A stretch of 44,150 bases of DNA, taken from positions 1 to 44,150 of IMG/VR virus record IMGVR_UViG_3300032212_000033; one strand, 5' to 3'. Below, in pieces: positions 18,134 through 27,555 of this stretch. Below the pieces are notes generated by a model, which ran no database searches, was not told where the DNA came from, and was given only the letters and a program-made list of their open reading frames with translations. Source of the stretch: a virus. Its lineage: Duplodnaviria > Caudoviricetes. A program made the position numbers and the translations under genes. Positions within the stretch are counted from its first letter, which is position 1. Each line of letters begins with the position of its first letter.

Positions 18134-18248
18134 AATGTCTCCTTTGTGCCTAGTAGGACTTTTGTATTTTTCAGTTTTGGGACTGATAAGAAGGTATCTA
18201 TTAGATACCCTCCAATCAAACTCATAATATATTATAGGCAAACACTCC

Positions 18249-18563
18249 TTAAAGGAATGTTAATCTCTCATATAGCTTATTAAGCTCTTCATCTTCACCT
18301 AGAAGCTTAATGTCTCTTAAAGAGTCCTTAAAGTCCTCCATAGTATAATTGAAAGTATCCATATAACCTCCATTACAATCATAACTATCCACAGAAAAAT
18401 GGAATTCTCCATTAATAGTTACTGGATGGTTTATAGCCTCTTCAATTATCATTATTAAGCCATAGATAAGCTGTTCTTTACCTTTATAACCATCTATAAT
18501 TCTACCATCAGAAACAGAAGTCACACCTCTAATACCTTTAAGCTGTTTAATAGTTACCTTCAT
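18249..18563 (-). CDS. Hypothetical protein, first early gene
   Basis: AAAGGA SD; directly downstream of consensus promoter. Confidence 0.75.
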   Translation of the reverse strand: MKVTIKQLKGIRGVTSVSDGRIIDGYKGKEQLIYGLIMIIEEAINHPVTINGEFHFSVDSYDCNGGYMDTFNYTMEDFKDSLRDIKLLGEDEELNKLYERLTFL

Positions 18564-18593
18564 CTTTAATCCTTTATCTCTTTAACTGACCTC

Positions 18594-18622
18594 ATTATAA
18601 TATAATTCTATTATATAGTCAA
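18594..18622 (-). promoter_or_regulatory. Near-consensus sigma70 promoter
   Basis: TTGACT-N17-TATAAT on the minus strand. Confidence 0.8.
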
Positions 18623-18766
18623 GGTATTTTCAAAAGAATTTAGAAATTTATAGGTACCTTATATAAAGAACGGAAACGGCCTTTAAAAGGGTTTTAATCG
18701 TTTACCCTAGCCTTACTATTCCCTAAATATAAATAGGCTTATATTCTATCCCTTATATAATGTAAA

Positions 18767-18907
18767 ATAAATAGTCAATCCTTTCTTAAAAGTCAACACT
18801 ATTTATAATTAGTATAATAGATTAAGAATAAATAAAGAATAGTATAAATAGTCAAACCTTTCTTAAAAGTCAACACTATTTATAATTAGTATACTAAATT
18901 AAGAATA
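18767..18907. repeat. Two 64-bp direct repeats, period 77
   Basis: 18767-18830 vs 18844-18907, 3 mismatches. Confidence 0.92.
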
Positions 18908-18909
18908 GA

Positions 18910-19097
18910 TTAATAGTCTAGCCTAGCCAAATAGACTGAGAAAGTCATTAACCTTTCATACTAGTATAGTGACCTCAGTTTAAATTAATAGTACGACTAG
19001 CCAAATAGACTGTGAATAACCTGAGACTATTATACTAGTATGGCTGTGTTATATTAATTTAAGCTAGCTGTGACGAGTCTTAAACTATCATACTAGT
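18910..19097. repeat. Second imperfect direct repeat, period about 75
   Basis: TTAATAGT..CTAGCCAAATAGACTG.GAA twice, ATACTAGT three times. Confidence 0.8.
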
Positions 19098-19251
19098 TGT
19101 GATCTGTCAGTTTCGTCTAAGGGGGTGGGGGTCTATGCGGCACATGATGTATGGCTTTACCTGCAAAAATTTTTTCCACCCAAATTTTGACAACCTATCA
19201 AATATAATTATATTGACAGCCTACCAAGCCTACAAGATATTCCAAGCCGTA

Positions 19252-20841
19252 TCAAACGGCCATGGACTTCTTCCCACCTCCAAGCCTTTTCTTCTTTCGC
19301 GTTGGTTTAGCCCTCTTACCTAGATTAATGTATCGAGACACTGCAAGGTAACGAATAGCGTCTGCAGGGTGAGACCATTCATCATGAAGTGGCCGCTCTT
19401 TCCAAACACCAAGCTTTTCATCCCACTCTTTGGAATAGTTATGGAATGTATCATCTATATAGTCGCACGACTCATCAAGTATTACGTGTGGTAGGATACG
19501 ACGAACGGCCTCTATACCAACCTGAACAGCCAATCTAGGTAGGACTTTAATCTTGTTGATACCTAACTCACGCAACCTACCTACACGCGTCTGTCTATTG
19601 TTTAGTTCACGTACCATCGCATCGTGAGGGACATATACCATTTCTATGTTATAGAGAGTGTCTTTTATATGGTTTGCATAGTGAGATAGTCCCTCTCCTG
19701 AGTTGGCGTATGCCTGGATTATACGAACCTCTAATACTCCATCAGAGTTTTTGTACTCTTGCCAGTAAACAACTACCATTGTATCGGACATACCGAGATC
19801 CATTGCTACGAATACATCGAGTGCTTCATCATAGAGACCTGAAACAATACGTTTGTGCTTTCTCCACAGTTTTGAGTAGTATGCCCCATCACGTACAGCT
19901 GCGAATGCTGCCTCAGGTGAATAAGGGTATTCCTGATCGAAATCTTCACGTAACTCATCCCTCTGTGAAACAGCCCACCACTTTTGAGTGTCCGTGAGTT
20001 CAATGTCTAGGTCGTGCTCTACTTTGTCTAGGTATGCCTGGTCTTCAGCGTTTATACGTTGTGGTACGTTTATATGACTGTCCATATCCTGAACCCATGA
20101 GAGGAATACTGGCTTGAATGCTTTTGGGCCTCTCTCACCGACGAAATCAACTGCTGTGTACCACATATTGTAGAATAGGTTTTTGCGTCCCTCGGCCGTA
20201 CTCTCCAGCACAACTGGATTACCTGCTTTGACAGCTTGCATGGTACCTGACATCAGCTCTTTTGCCTTTAGTGGGTCTTTAGCAGATATTTTACCTAGCT
20301 CTGATACATGCAGTCGCTGGAGTGTAGCTGACCTGAATGAAGTCCTAATGAATATCTTTGAACCGTTGTTGAATGAGAACTCTTTTGAGTTGTCTTTTAG
20401 GAGTCTGATGCCCAAGAAGTCTTTTATGTTTGGAGGGAATTCTTCCCATGCCAGTTTTACCTTTTCAAGCAGGTTTGAAGCTTCTTCAAGACCCTGAGCA
20501 AGCATACCTATATTTAGGTCGTCAATGAAGATTGCATCATCGAAGAAGTCAAGTAGCCAGTATGTAGATATACCACGCTGTCTAGACTTTAGAACTATGA
20601 TACGGGAGTGACGGAGCTGCGCAGACTTAACATCATGCTGACCTTCATTCATTAGGAATGGTATCTTGTGTCCATCTTTATCAACGATTTTGTATAGGTT
20701 GTTCATTCTCCACAGCTTACTAGTTAGGAAGTTGGCAACCAAGTCCTCATCGCTTCTTGGGTTACGTTTGAATATCTCTATGTCTGCATTTGGGTAGTAT
20801 GCCTTGAACTGCTCTTCAGTTATAGATAGGTACCACTGCAT
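19252..20841 (-). CDS. terL: Terminase large subunit
   Basis: LKSRQRGIST Walker A, LHVSE Walker B, LESTAEG, AMDLG and HPADA nuclease motifs. Confidence 0.95.
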   Translation of the reverse strand: MQWYLSITEEQFKAYYPNADIEIFKRNPRSDEDLVANFLTSKLWRMNNLYKIVDKDGHKIPFLMNEGQHDVKSAQLRHSRIIVLKSRQRGISTYWLLDFFDDAIFIDDLNIGMLAQGLEEASNLLEKVKLAWEEFPPNIKDFLGIRLLKDNSKEFSFNNGSKIFIRTSFRSATLQRLHVSELGKISAKDPLKAKELMSGTMQAVKAGNPVVLESTAEGRKNLFYNMWYTAVDFVGERGPKAFKPVFLSWVQDMDSHINVPQRINAEDQAYLDKVEHDLDIELTDTQKWWAVSQRDELREDFDQEYPYSPEAAFAAVRDGAYYSKLWRKHKRIVSGLYDEALDVFVAMDLGMSDTMVVVYWQEYKNSDGVLEVRIIQAYANSGEGLSHYANHIKDTLYNIEMVYVPHDAMVRELNNRQTRVGRLRELGINKIKVLPRLAVQVGIEAVRRILPHVILDESCDYIDDTFHNYSKEWDEKLGVWKERPLHDEWSHPADAIRYLAVSRYINLGKRAKPTRKKKRLGGGKKSMAV

Positions 20842-20842
20842 C

Positions 20843-21337
20843 TTAATCCCTTAGCTGTGATTTGAATAGTGATACTTTCTCACTATTGACTGTAGTTTGG
20901 TTCATTACATTTACGTTTACACCTGCTTTGTTGAATATGTTGCTATATAGGGAGCCTATACCATTGCTGAGAGTGGCCCAATCTTTAACGGTTAGGTCAC
21001 CCATGCTCAATTCTTCAGCTGCTTCGAGTAGGTTTTGAACGACAGTGAGAAATTTGGGTTCTAATTGCTGAAGTCCTACAACACCATCCACAAGCTTTTG
21101 TGCTTTCTTCTGTACTACCCCATGGTCAATGTTGTTCACAACACCTTGAAGTACATCTTTATCAACTTTTACAAGTTTCTGTACGTTTGCACTTTCACCC
21201 AGCTCCGCTTGCTGTTTCTTTTTCCATGAATTTATAGTTACGTATGGTAGGTCATACTTTTCAGACAACTCTTTAGGTTCAGCACCTAGTGCTAACTCAC
21301 CTAGAACCTTAGCTTTTATACCTGCATCCACTGCCAT
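20843..21337 (-). CDS. terS: Terminase small subunit
   Basis: N-terminal HTH (PKELSEKYDLPYVTINSWKK); directly upstream of terL. Confidence 0.72.
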   Translation of the reverse strand: MAVDAGIKAKVLGELALGAEPKELSEKYDLPYVTINSWKKKQQAELGESANVQKLVKVDKDVLQGVVNNIDHGVVQKKAQKLVDGVVGLQQLEPKFLTVVQNLLEAAEELSMGDLTVKDWATLSNGIGSLYSNIFNKAGVNVNVMNQTTVNSEKVSLFKSQLRD

Positions 21338-21383
21338 TTAATATCCTTTTTATATATTTAAGATATATTTTAACTTAAACTGG

Positions 21384-21417
21384 CTTAAGACTTTATTAAG
21401 CCATTAATGAGTATAAT
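21384..21417 (+). promoter_or_regulatory. Putative structural-arm promoter
   Basis: CTTAAG-ACTTT-ATTAAG-N11-TATAAT upstream of the scaffold gene. Confidence 0.65.
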
Positions 21418-21447
21418 AGGTATGAAATTTTATTAAAGGTACTAACT

Positions 21448-22146
21448 ATGGCTGAAAAGGCAGAGAATACCTCAACTATTACTGATGAGGTCAATACAAT
21501 TCTTAAGGGATTAGAGAAAGGTGATGATGGGCTTGCAAAGCTTGTTATTCCTGAAGGCACGTCAGACCATGTAGCTGACTTGGTTAGAGCAGAGCATAAG
21601 TTCCGCTCCACGCAGTCAAGCTACACAAGAGAGCGGCAGCGTTCTAAAGAGCTTGAGGCAGAGAATGAGGTTTTGCGCGGACACGTTAAGCCTCAGGTTT
21701 CTAAGGAAGAGCAGGACAGGCTAGATGAGTTGAAATACACTGATCCTTTAGCTTGGCATAACGAGCTTCTGTTACAAAAGGCTAACATGCCTGATGTGGG
21801 AGCGGAAGCACGTGCTAAAGCTGCTAGCAATTTTGAATTAGAACGTAGAGTTGAAGTTCTAGCAACGTTTAATGAAGGTCGGGAAGTTCCTATCACTGAA
21901 GAAGTGGTACAGAATGATATCCCTCCACGCATTAGTAACAAGCTGGATAATGGAACAGTTACGTTTGAGGAGTTTTTGGATGAGGCGTCTGCCTATCTAG
22001 CTAAAGGAAAAGCCGTAGCCAATCCTGCAGCCATGGAGCAGACAAACATAGGGGATATTGCGGGTGGTGATAAACCATCTAAAGATGGACCCGTCACTGA
22101 GACAGGTAAGTATGTGGACCTGGCTCAGGCTGACACTATTTTATAG
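21448..22146 (+). CDS. Capsid scaffolding protein
   Basis: Acidic, helical/coiled-coil; immediately upstream of the capsid gene. Confidence 0.7.
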   Translation: MAEKAENTSTITDEVNTILKGLEKGDDGLAKLVIPEGTSDHVADLVRAEHKFRSTQSSYTRERQRSKELEAENEVLRGHVKPQVSKEEQDRLDELKYTDPLAWHNELLLQKANMPDVGAEARAKAASNFELERRVEVLATFNEGREVPITEEVVQNDIPPRISNKLDNGTVTFEEFLDEASAYLAKGKAVANPAAMEQTNIGDIAGGDKPSKDGPVTETGKYVDLAQADTIL

Positions 22147-22157
22147 GAGAGTAACAA

Positions 22158-23324
22158 ATGGCAGTACAACAAAAGACTGACACAGCGTCATTAGATGCAT
22201 CAAGTCAACTAGTACGTAATGGATGGATGAAGGAAGGGATGATTCAAGCATCATCTACATCTTTTTGGGCACCTTACAAAGGTAACTCAGCATCGTCTGT
22301 AATCTATCAAAAACAACAAAAGAATGCGGCTGAAGGTCACACAATTATTTTTGACTTTGATGGTAACTATGCAGGTAAAGGTATTCGTGGTGATGAGAAG
22401 GCTTATGGTAAAGGTGGTTCTAAGCAAAAGTTTAGTGACAAGCTTACTTGTGAAGAAATTCGCTACCCTATCTCAAATGGTAACAAGTTTAAAGGTAAGA
22501 ACATTGGTGATTTAAGTATTACTGAGCATTCAAACTCTAGAACATTACTTTCAGATATGTGGGTACGTTCAGAAGATCAAATGTTCTTTGATGCAGCTCA
22601 ATCACGTTTACATGGTGAAGCACCTACGCATATTATCCGTCCAAATGGTCGAGCCAATATTGCAGCTCTTACAACTGCGGATACAATGTCTTACGCTTTC
22701 TTGCTTGAGATTGAAGAAGCAGTACGTACGGGTAATGGTTACACTACAGGTGGTAAACGTCGTCCATTGAAACCAGTTAAGTTTCAAGATGGTAAAGAAG
22801 TATGGGTACTTTGTCTTGATGTAACAGCTAAAAACCAGCTATTACTAGATACTGAATTCCAAACAATTGTAATGAATGCGGACGTTCGTGGTCGTGACAA
22901 CATGCTACTAAGTGGTATCATTGGTCAAGTTGGTTCACTTCTTGTCGTTACAGCACCTACTTATTTTGGTGATACTGGTTCTTTTGAGCTTGGTGACGAT
23001 GCGGTTGAATTAGCAGGTATGCGTACAGTTGATCAATCAGGTAAGTTCTCAGGTGAAGAAGGTTATGGTGGTGCAGGTAAAGTTGCTTCACGTTCATTCT
23101 TACTTGGTCAAGGTGCTATCCAAGAAGGTATCGGTATGGACCCTGATTATGCATTCCAATCGTCTGATGACTTTGGTAAAACGTCTGAGTCTGCACTAGA
23201 GTTTTGGGGACAGGTACAGAAATGTAACCTTAAAGCAGAAATCGGCGATTATAAAGAAGCTAAAGTTGCTAACATGGACTTCGGTATTGTTACAATTGAA
23301 ACTTATAACTCAACAATAGCATAA
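22158..23324 (+). CDS. Major capsid protein (N4 gp56/DUF4043-like)
   Basis: 388 aa; SFWAPYKG, GHTIIFD, RGRDNMLLSGIIG; optimal codon bias; GGAG SD. Confidence 0.85.
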   Translation: MAVQQKTDTASLDASSQLVRNGWMKEGMIQASSTSFWAPYKGNSASSVIYQKQQKNAAEGHTIIFDFDGNYAGKGIRGDEKAYGKGGSKQKFSDKLTCEEIRYPISNGNKFKGKNIGDLSITEHSNSRTLLSDMWVRSEDQMFFDAAQSRLHGEAPTHIIRPNGRANIAALTTADTMSYAFLLEIEEAVRTGNGYTTGGKRRPLKPVKFQDGKEVWVLCLDVTAKNQLLLDTEFQTIVMNADVRGRDNMLLSGIIGQVGSLLVVTAPTYFGDTGSFELGDDAVELAGMRTVDQSGKFSGEEGYGGAGKVASRSFLLGQGAIQEGIGMDPDYAFQSSDDFGKTSESALEFWGQVQKCNLKAEIGDYKEAKVANMDFGIVTIETYNSTIA

Positions 23325-23335
23325 GGAGCTAATCA

Positions 23336-23779
23336 ATGAACTTAAAATCAAGATACGGCAACACTGAGCGTAGAGAAACAAATGGGGTTACGGCCTCATT
23401 ACCAGCTATGCTTACAGAGGCTTACAGAAGTACACCTAAAGAAGTTGTTCTAACAGCTACTGAGTACACTGTAACAACAATTCCAGCTAATGTACTGATT
23501 ACGAAGATCTCGTATATTGTTACAGAAGCTTTCACACCTGCAACAACTGCTACGGCTTCAATCAAGCTTGGAGCTACTGTTTTAGATGCGGCACTGAACC
23601 TTAAAGTTGTAGGAGCTACGGCTTCTGCAGTTGTAGCACCTACGTATGTTACAGCTAATACTGATGTAACCATTACACCTACATTCGTAGGAGCTGCTAC
23701 TAATGATGAGCTAGGTATTGTTAAGGTTCTAATCGAGTACAACGACTTTAATCGTGATACTGGGTCATACTTAGCATAA
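23336..23779 (+). CDS. Probable head decoration/minor capsid protein
   Basis: TIPAN...VTEAF beta-rich protein following the MCP. Confidence 0.6.
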   Translation: MNLKSRYGNTERRETNGVTASLPAMLTEAYRSTPKEVVLTATEYTVTTIPANVLITKISYIVTEAFTPATTATASIKLGATVLDAALNLKVVGATASAVVAPTYVTANTDVTITPTFVGAATNDELGIVKVLIEYNDFNRDTGSYLA

Positions 23780-23862
23780 TGGCTGTTTACGTAGGCACTG
23801 AAAAAGACCCTAAAGCAGGGTCTGCCAAGAAAACAAAAGCGTCGTCTAACAAAGACAAATAA
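23779..23862 (+). CDS. Lys-rich 27-aa peptide (not in ORF track)
   Basis: TAATG coupled; MAVYVGTEKDPKAGSAKKTKASSNKDK. Confidence 0.4.
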   Translation: MAVYVGTEKDPKAGSAKKTKASSNKDK

Positions 23863-23864
23863 TA

Positions 23865-23890
23865 GTGAGCTCTTAGGAGCTTACACTTTA
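23865..23890 (+). terminator. Hairpin after the capsid genes
   Basis: GTGAGCTC-TTAG-GAGCTTAC stem with short T tract. Confidence 0.55.
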
Positions 23891-23903
23891 TATGGAGCAT
23901 TAA

Positions 23904-24893
23904 ATGAACATACAAGAAGTAATTGATGACGTACGTGATGCTTTAGGTGACGAAGAAGGCACTGGTTGGAGTGAACGTAGGTTATTATCTATTATCTCAT
24001 CAGGTCAGCGTGATATATGCAAGCAAGCAAAGGTACTGAAAACTGAAATAGTCATGCCTCTGCTTAATGGACAGAAGATATACGAGCTACCTAAGCACTG
24101 TATAGAAGTATCAAGAATTGAGAATGGTGGTAATAAAGTCATTATGGCTTCTAGGAGTCAGCTAGATGAAGGCATATATGAAGAAGGTCAATTCGTAACA
24201 ATCAAAGATAAGCTACCTATGGGTGAACTAGAGTTAAGACCCATACCTAATGACCTAGCTGATACATTTATAGTAGATACCACAGACCTGGCCACTTTAG
24301 CATCAGTAACACTAGATACAGTGTTTGGAGTTAGTTCTCAGTTCAGTTCTGCTTATTTACTTGATTCAGTAGAGGGTACATTATCAGGTGGTTTAGAGGG
24401 TGCACCTAACTTAACGCTACCAGCGGTTTATGGTACCCTTAACGTGTATAGTCCTTTATCGACGATAGGTGCAGACACTGATTTTGGTGTGGTAGTAGGT
24501 ACTAACTCAGTTGAATCAGGCAACTTAGAAGGTATCTATGGTTTTGTAACGAGTGCCAATCTTTATGAGACAAGTGGGCTATATGGAGTAGTTACCTCAG
24601 CTACACCACTTGAAAGTGCTTTAAGGGTTTATTACACTTATGCACCTGATAGACTTGTTAACGTAGTGGAAGCAATCAAACTGCCTGATATATGGTTTGA
24701 TGCGCTTGTTAAGTATTCAGTAGCCGTTGCTTTATCTGATGATAATGATGGAGCTAATTTACAACGTAGTCAGCTTTTTGCTAGCTACTATGAGCGTGAA
24801 CTTAAGTTGGCTAAGAAGCTTTCAGCTGGTTCATTTAACAGAGTGCAGTCTAAGAATGCAACTACATATAGGAGTTTACGTAATGGCAAATAG
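23904..24893 (+). CDS. Head-tail adaptor protein with internal repeat insertion
   Basis: VRDALGD..WS..RLL...GQRDIC, YELP, LRVYY..P, ALVKY.V..AL pattern of podovirus adaptors. Confidence 0.7.
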   Translation: MNIQEVIDDVRDALGDEEGTGWSERRLLSIISSGQRDICKQAKVLKTEIVMPLLNGQKIYELPKHCIEVSRIENGGNKVIMASRSQLDEGIYEEGQFVTIKDKLPMGELELRPIPNDLADTFIVDTTDLATLASVTLDTVFGVSSQFSSAYLLDSVEGTLSGGLEGAPNLTLPAVYGTLNVYSPLSTIGADTDFGVVVGTNSVESGNLEGIYGFVTSANLYETSGLYGVVTSATPLESALRVYYTYAPDRLVNVVEAIKLPDIWFDALVKYSVAVALSDDNDGANLQRSQLFASYYERELKLAKKLSAGSFNRVQSKNATTYRSLRNGK

Positions 24894-25119
24894 TGATATT
24901 TTACTGGTAAAACAGTTAGCAGGTAAGGAAGATTTACTTCATGGGTATGGTAAAGAGGTTCAGGTTAGAAATGGCCGTAACATTGAGATAACTAAAATTA
25001 ATGCTTCAGTATTTGATTATCAGTACAGTGATGCAAATGGCTCTCAGATTACTGACCCTACAAAAATCAAGACTATTGCTGACGCATTAGACTACTTGAT
25101 TTATAACAAGGCTGTATAA
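24883..25119 (+). CDS. Small tail-anchor-like protein (78 aa)
   Basis: GGAG SD before ATG 24883 (MANSDILL); resembles N-terminus of the next gene. Confidence 0.7.
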   Translation: MANSDILLVKQLAGKEDLLHGYGKEVQVRNGRNIEITKINASVFDYQYSDANGSQITDPTKIKTIADALDYLIYNKAV

Positions 25120-26477
25120 TGGCTGAGATAGTTCTTAAAAAGGAACTTATAGTAGCTGAGGATATGGTGCTAAGCACTGAGCCTTCAGTAGCTCAGACAC
25201 GTAGTGGTCAACCTTTCACGGGTACACCTCTTAACGCAGGTGTACTACCGCTGACGCCTACTGAGACAGTTAAGGCTAGGCTAGATGCCTCATACACTAA
25301 AGTTGAAGCTGATGCAGCGATTGCTGCTAAGACTGATAACATAGATGCTTCAATTAGTGAACTTAAAGGTGTGTGGTTTGGGCCTTTAGCCAATCGAGCC
25401 ACTGCTACTCAGTATGTTTTAGACAATAACCTCACTCTATTAGGTGGTGAGACGTACTACGATTTAGCTTTACAGCTTTTATATGTATGGAACAACGATA
25501 GTTTATCATGGAAAAATATACCTATCACTATGGACACAAACGTTAGTACTGGGGATATAGCAGCTACTGGTGTAGCTACTTACACCATACCTGGTGGGTT
25601 TGTAGCCTCTACGTTGACAGTGTACCTTGATAGACAGTTTCAGACTCAGGGCGTTGATTACACTGCAGATGCTTCCGCTGGAACAATTACGTTTACGGCT
25701 GGTATAGTTAGTGCTCCAGTGGTTATATCTTATATGTCATTTACGGCTGTAAGACTTGGTGAGTATCCACGTATCACAATTACTGATTCAGTGGCTAGTC
25801 TACCTGTAAACCCTACACCTGGTGACGTAGCTTATGTTTATGGGGCTGCTGGTGCTCAAGAGATGGTTAAGTATGTGCTGCCAGTTCAGACTGGTCAAGC
25901 TAATAAGTTCCTCACAACCGATGGAACAACCGCAGCATGGTCAACACTTACATTTGTAGATGTTGAGGCTGCTAGAGACTTCGCTTATGAGTGGGCACGC
26001 AAACCTACGGGTAACGTGAATGATGGGGTCAATCCTGCAGGGCTTTCAGCTTTTCAGGAGGCTGAGAGAGCTAAGGCTCAAGTAACACTGGCCACCGACC
26101 AGGTAACCCTAGCCACCAACCAGGCGGTGAGAGCTGAAGATGCCGCAGCTCAGGCAGAGGCTATTGTAGGCTTCACTGAGGCTCCCATTGATGGCCAGTC
26201 TTACGCACGTAAGGATGCGGGCTGGGTAGTGGTTACTCAAGCTCAATTCATTGAAGTTGAGTTCGCAAGTTTAAATGAAGATATATCTACACCTATCACA
26301 GTAAATGCACTAGGCGACCCTCTTGTTATTACTTATACAAATGGATACACGAAAACACATACTTATGATGCTAGTAATAACGTAGAAACAGTAGTATATA
26401 AAGACAACACAGCAACGGTCTTAGCTACTAAGACTTATACATACTTAAATAATATACCTTATGGGGTTTGGAGTTAG
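25119..26477 (+). CDS. Tail fibre protein
   Basis: QTGQANKFLTTDGT and EAPIDGQSYARKDAGW fibre motifs; Ala-rich coil. Confidence 0.8.
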   Translation: MAEIVLKKELIVAEDMVLSTEPSVAQTRSGQPFTGTPLNAGVLPLTPTETVKARLDASYTKVEADAAIAAKTDNIDASISELKGVWFGPLANRATATQYVLDNNLTLLGGETYYDLALQLLYVWNNDSLSWKNIPITMDTNVSTGDIAATGVATYTIPGGFVASTLTVYLDRQFQTQGVDYTADASAGTITFTAGIVSAPVVISYMSFTAVRLGEYPRITITDSVASLPVNPTPGDVAYVYGAAGAQEMVKYVLPVQTGQANKFLTTDGTTAAWSTLTFVDVEAARDFAYEWARKPTGNVNDGVNPAGLSAFQEAERAKAQVTLATDQVTLATNQAVRAEDAAAQAEAIVGFTEAPIDGQSYARKDAGWVVVTQAQFIEVEFASLNEDISTPITVNALGDPLVITYTNGYTKTHTYDASNNVETVVYKDNTATVLATKTYTYLNNIPYGVWS

Positions 26478-26480
26478 AAG

Positions 26481-27554
26481 ATGGCAGATGAAGCAAGAAC
26501 ACAACAGATAATAAATGCACAAAGAGCCTCACAGACAAGAGTAGCTTTTAGTAAAGACATGGCAGATGGAATTACGACCTTTCCTTATATATTAACGGGT
26601 GGTGCTACGGGTAGTGGTTACTATCTAGAAACCCCCCCAACGGTAGAAATTTTAGGCAGTACATCAGAAGTTGGTACTACCTCTCCATTAGGTATAAATA
26701 CCCTATATAACGGTTTTGTTCAAGTAGGGAATTTAGTATACATACTTAATGGCTTAACTGGTGCTTTCTATTCTTACAATATTGATACAAATGTATGGAC
26801 AGTTTTAGCAACAGCACCAAGTCAAGCACAATATTCTACACCAGTAGTGCAGGGTGGTAAGATATACATAATGACTTATTACAATGGTACTGCTCATGTA
26901 ATGAACGCTCCTTTAGTTTATGATATAACTGGTGGCACATGGTCTACTTTAACAGCACCTACTGGATCTCCTGCTACAGTTTATATCTATTCGTCAGTTG
27001 CAGATGAAACAGATGCAAACATAATATATGTGATGTTAGATGCTAATGTTGCCGCTACTGATAGGTTGTGGTCTTACAACATAGCTACAAACACTTATAC
27101 AGTTATGACACCTCCTCACTTATCTAGTGCCTTAGAGAACATAGTATATGACAATGGTTATTTATATTATATAGCTTATAATGATAATTCTTTATATAGG
27201 TATAAATTAGTTGATGGTGTAAGTGAGTTGGTTAAAAGACTGTATTCAACACACCAAGTATATAGAGGGTTTTTATTTAAAGCAGGTGGTTTAATATATG
27301 CTGGTAGTGACTACGTTACAATCGCTACAGTTATTAACACTGCAACTGGCATTACTCAGTTTATGTATAGAGGTACATACCCTTTTCTTAATTCGTATTG
27401 TACATCACAAAGCACTTTTGAACATCAAGGAAAACTATACAGCTTTATGCCTTATAACTATGCTCATGATTTAACTAGGAATGTATATAGTGACAGAGTT
27501 TTAAGTATAGACTTATCTTTACCACATTTTTATAATCTAACAAAGGAGGTCTAA
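26481..27554 (+). CDS. Kelch-like beta-propeller protein (putative virion appendage)
   Basis: Repeated VYILNG/KIYIM...YNIDTNVW / YDITGGTW / YNIATNTY blades. Confidence 0.72.
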   Translation: MADEARTQQIINAQRASQTRVAFSKDMADGITTFPYILTGGATGSGYYLETPPTVEILGSTSEVGTTSPLGINTLYNGFVQVGNLVYILNGLTGAFYSYNIDTNVWTVLATAPSQAQYSTPVVQGGKIYIMTYYNGTAHVMNAPLVYDITGGTWSTLTAPTGSPATVYIYSSVADETDANIIYVMLDANVAATDRLWSYNIATNTYTVMTPPHLSSALENIVYDNGYLYYIAYNDNSLYRYKLVDGVSELVKRLYSTHQVYRGFLFKAGGLIYAGSDYVTIATVINTATGITQFMYRGTYPFLNSYCTSQSTFEHQGKLYSFMPYNYAHDLTRNVYSDRVLSIDLSLPHFYNLTKEV

Positions 27555-27555
27555 A

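Noticed and set aside
18767-19097. CRISPR array
   Set aside because: Only two copies per repeat, no repeat-unique spacer series, no cas genes
19099-22770. Short ORFs at 19099, 19674, 19806, 20183, 21396, 21693, 22324, 22588
   Set aside because: Overlap terL, scaffold or capsid in other frames or strands, with no SD or protein-like motifs
25119-27554. Diversity-generating retroelement or invertible fibre cassette
   Set aside because: No reverse transcriptase, invertase or TR/VR pair seen
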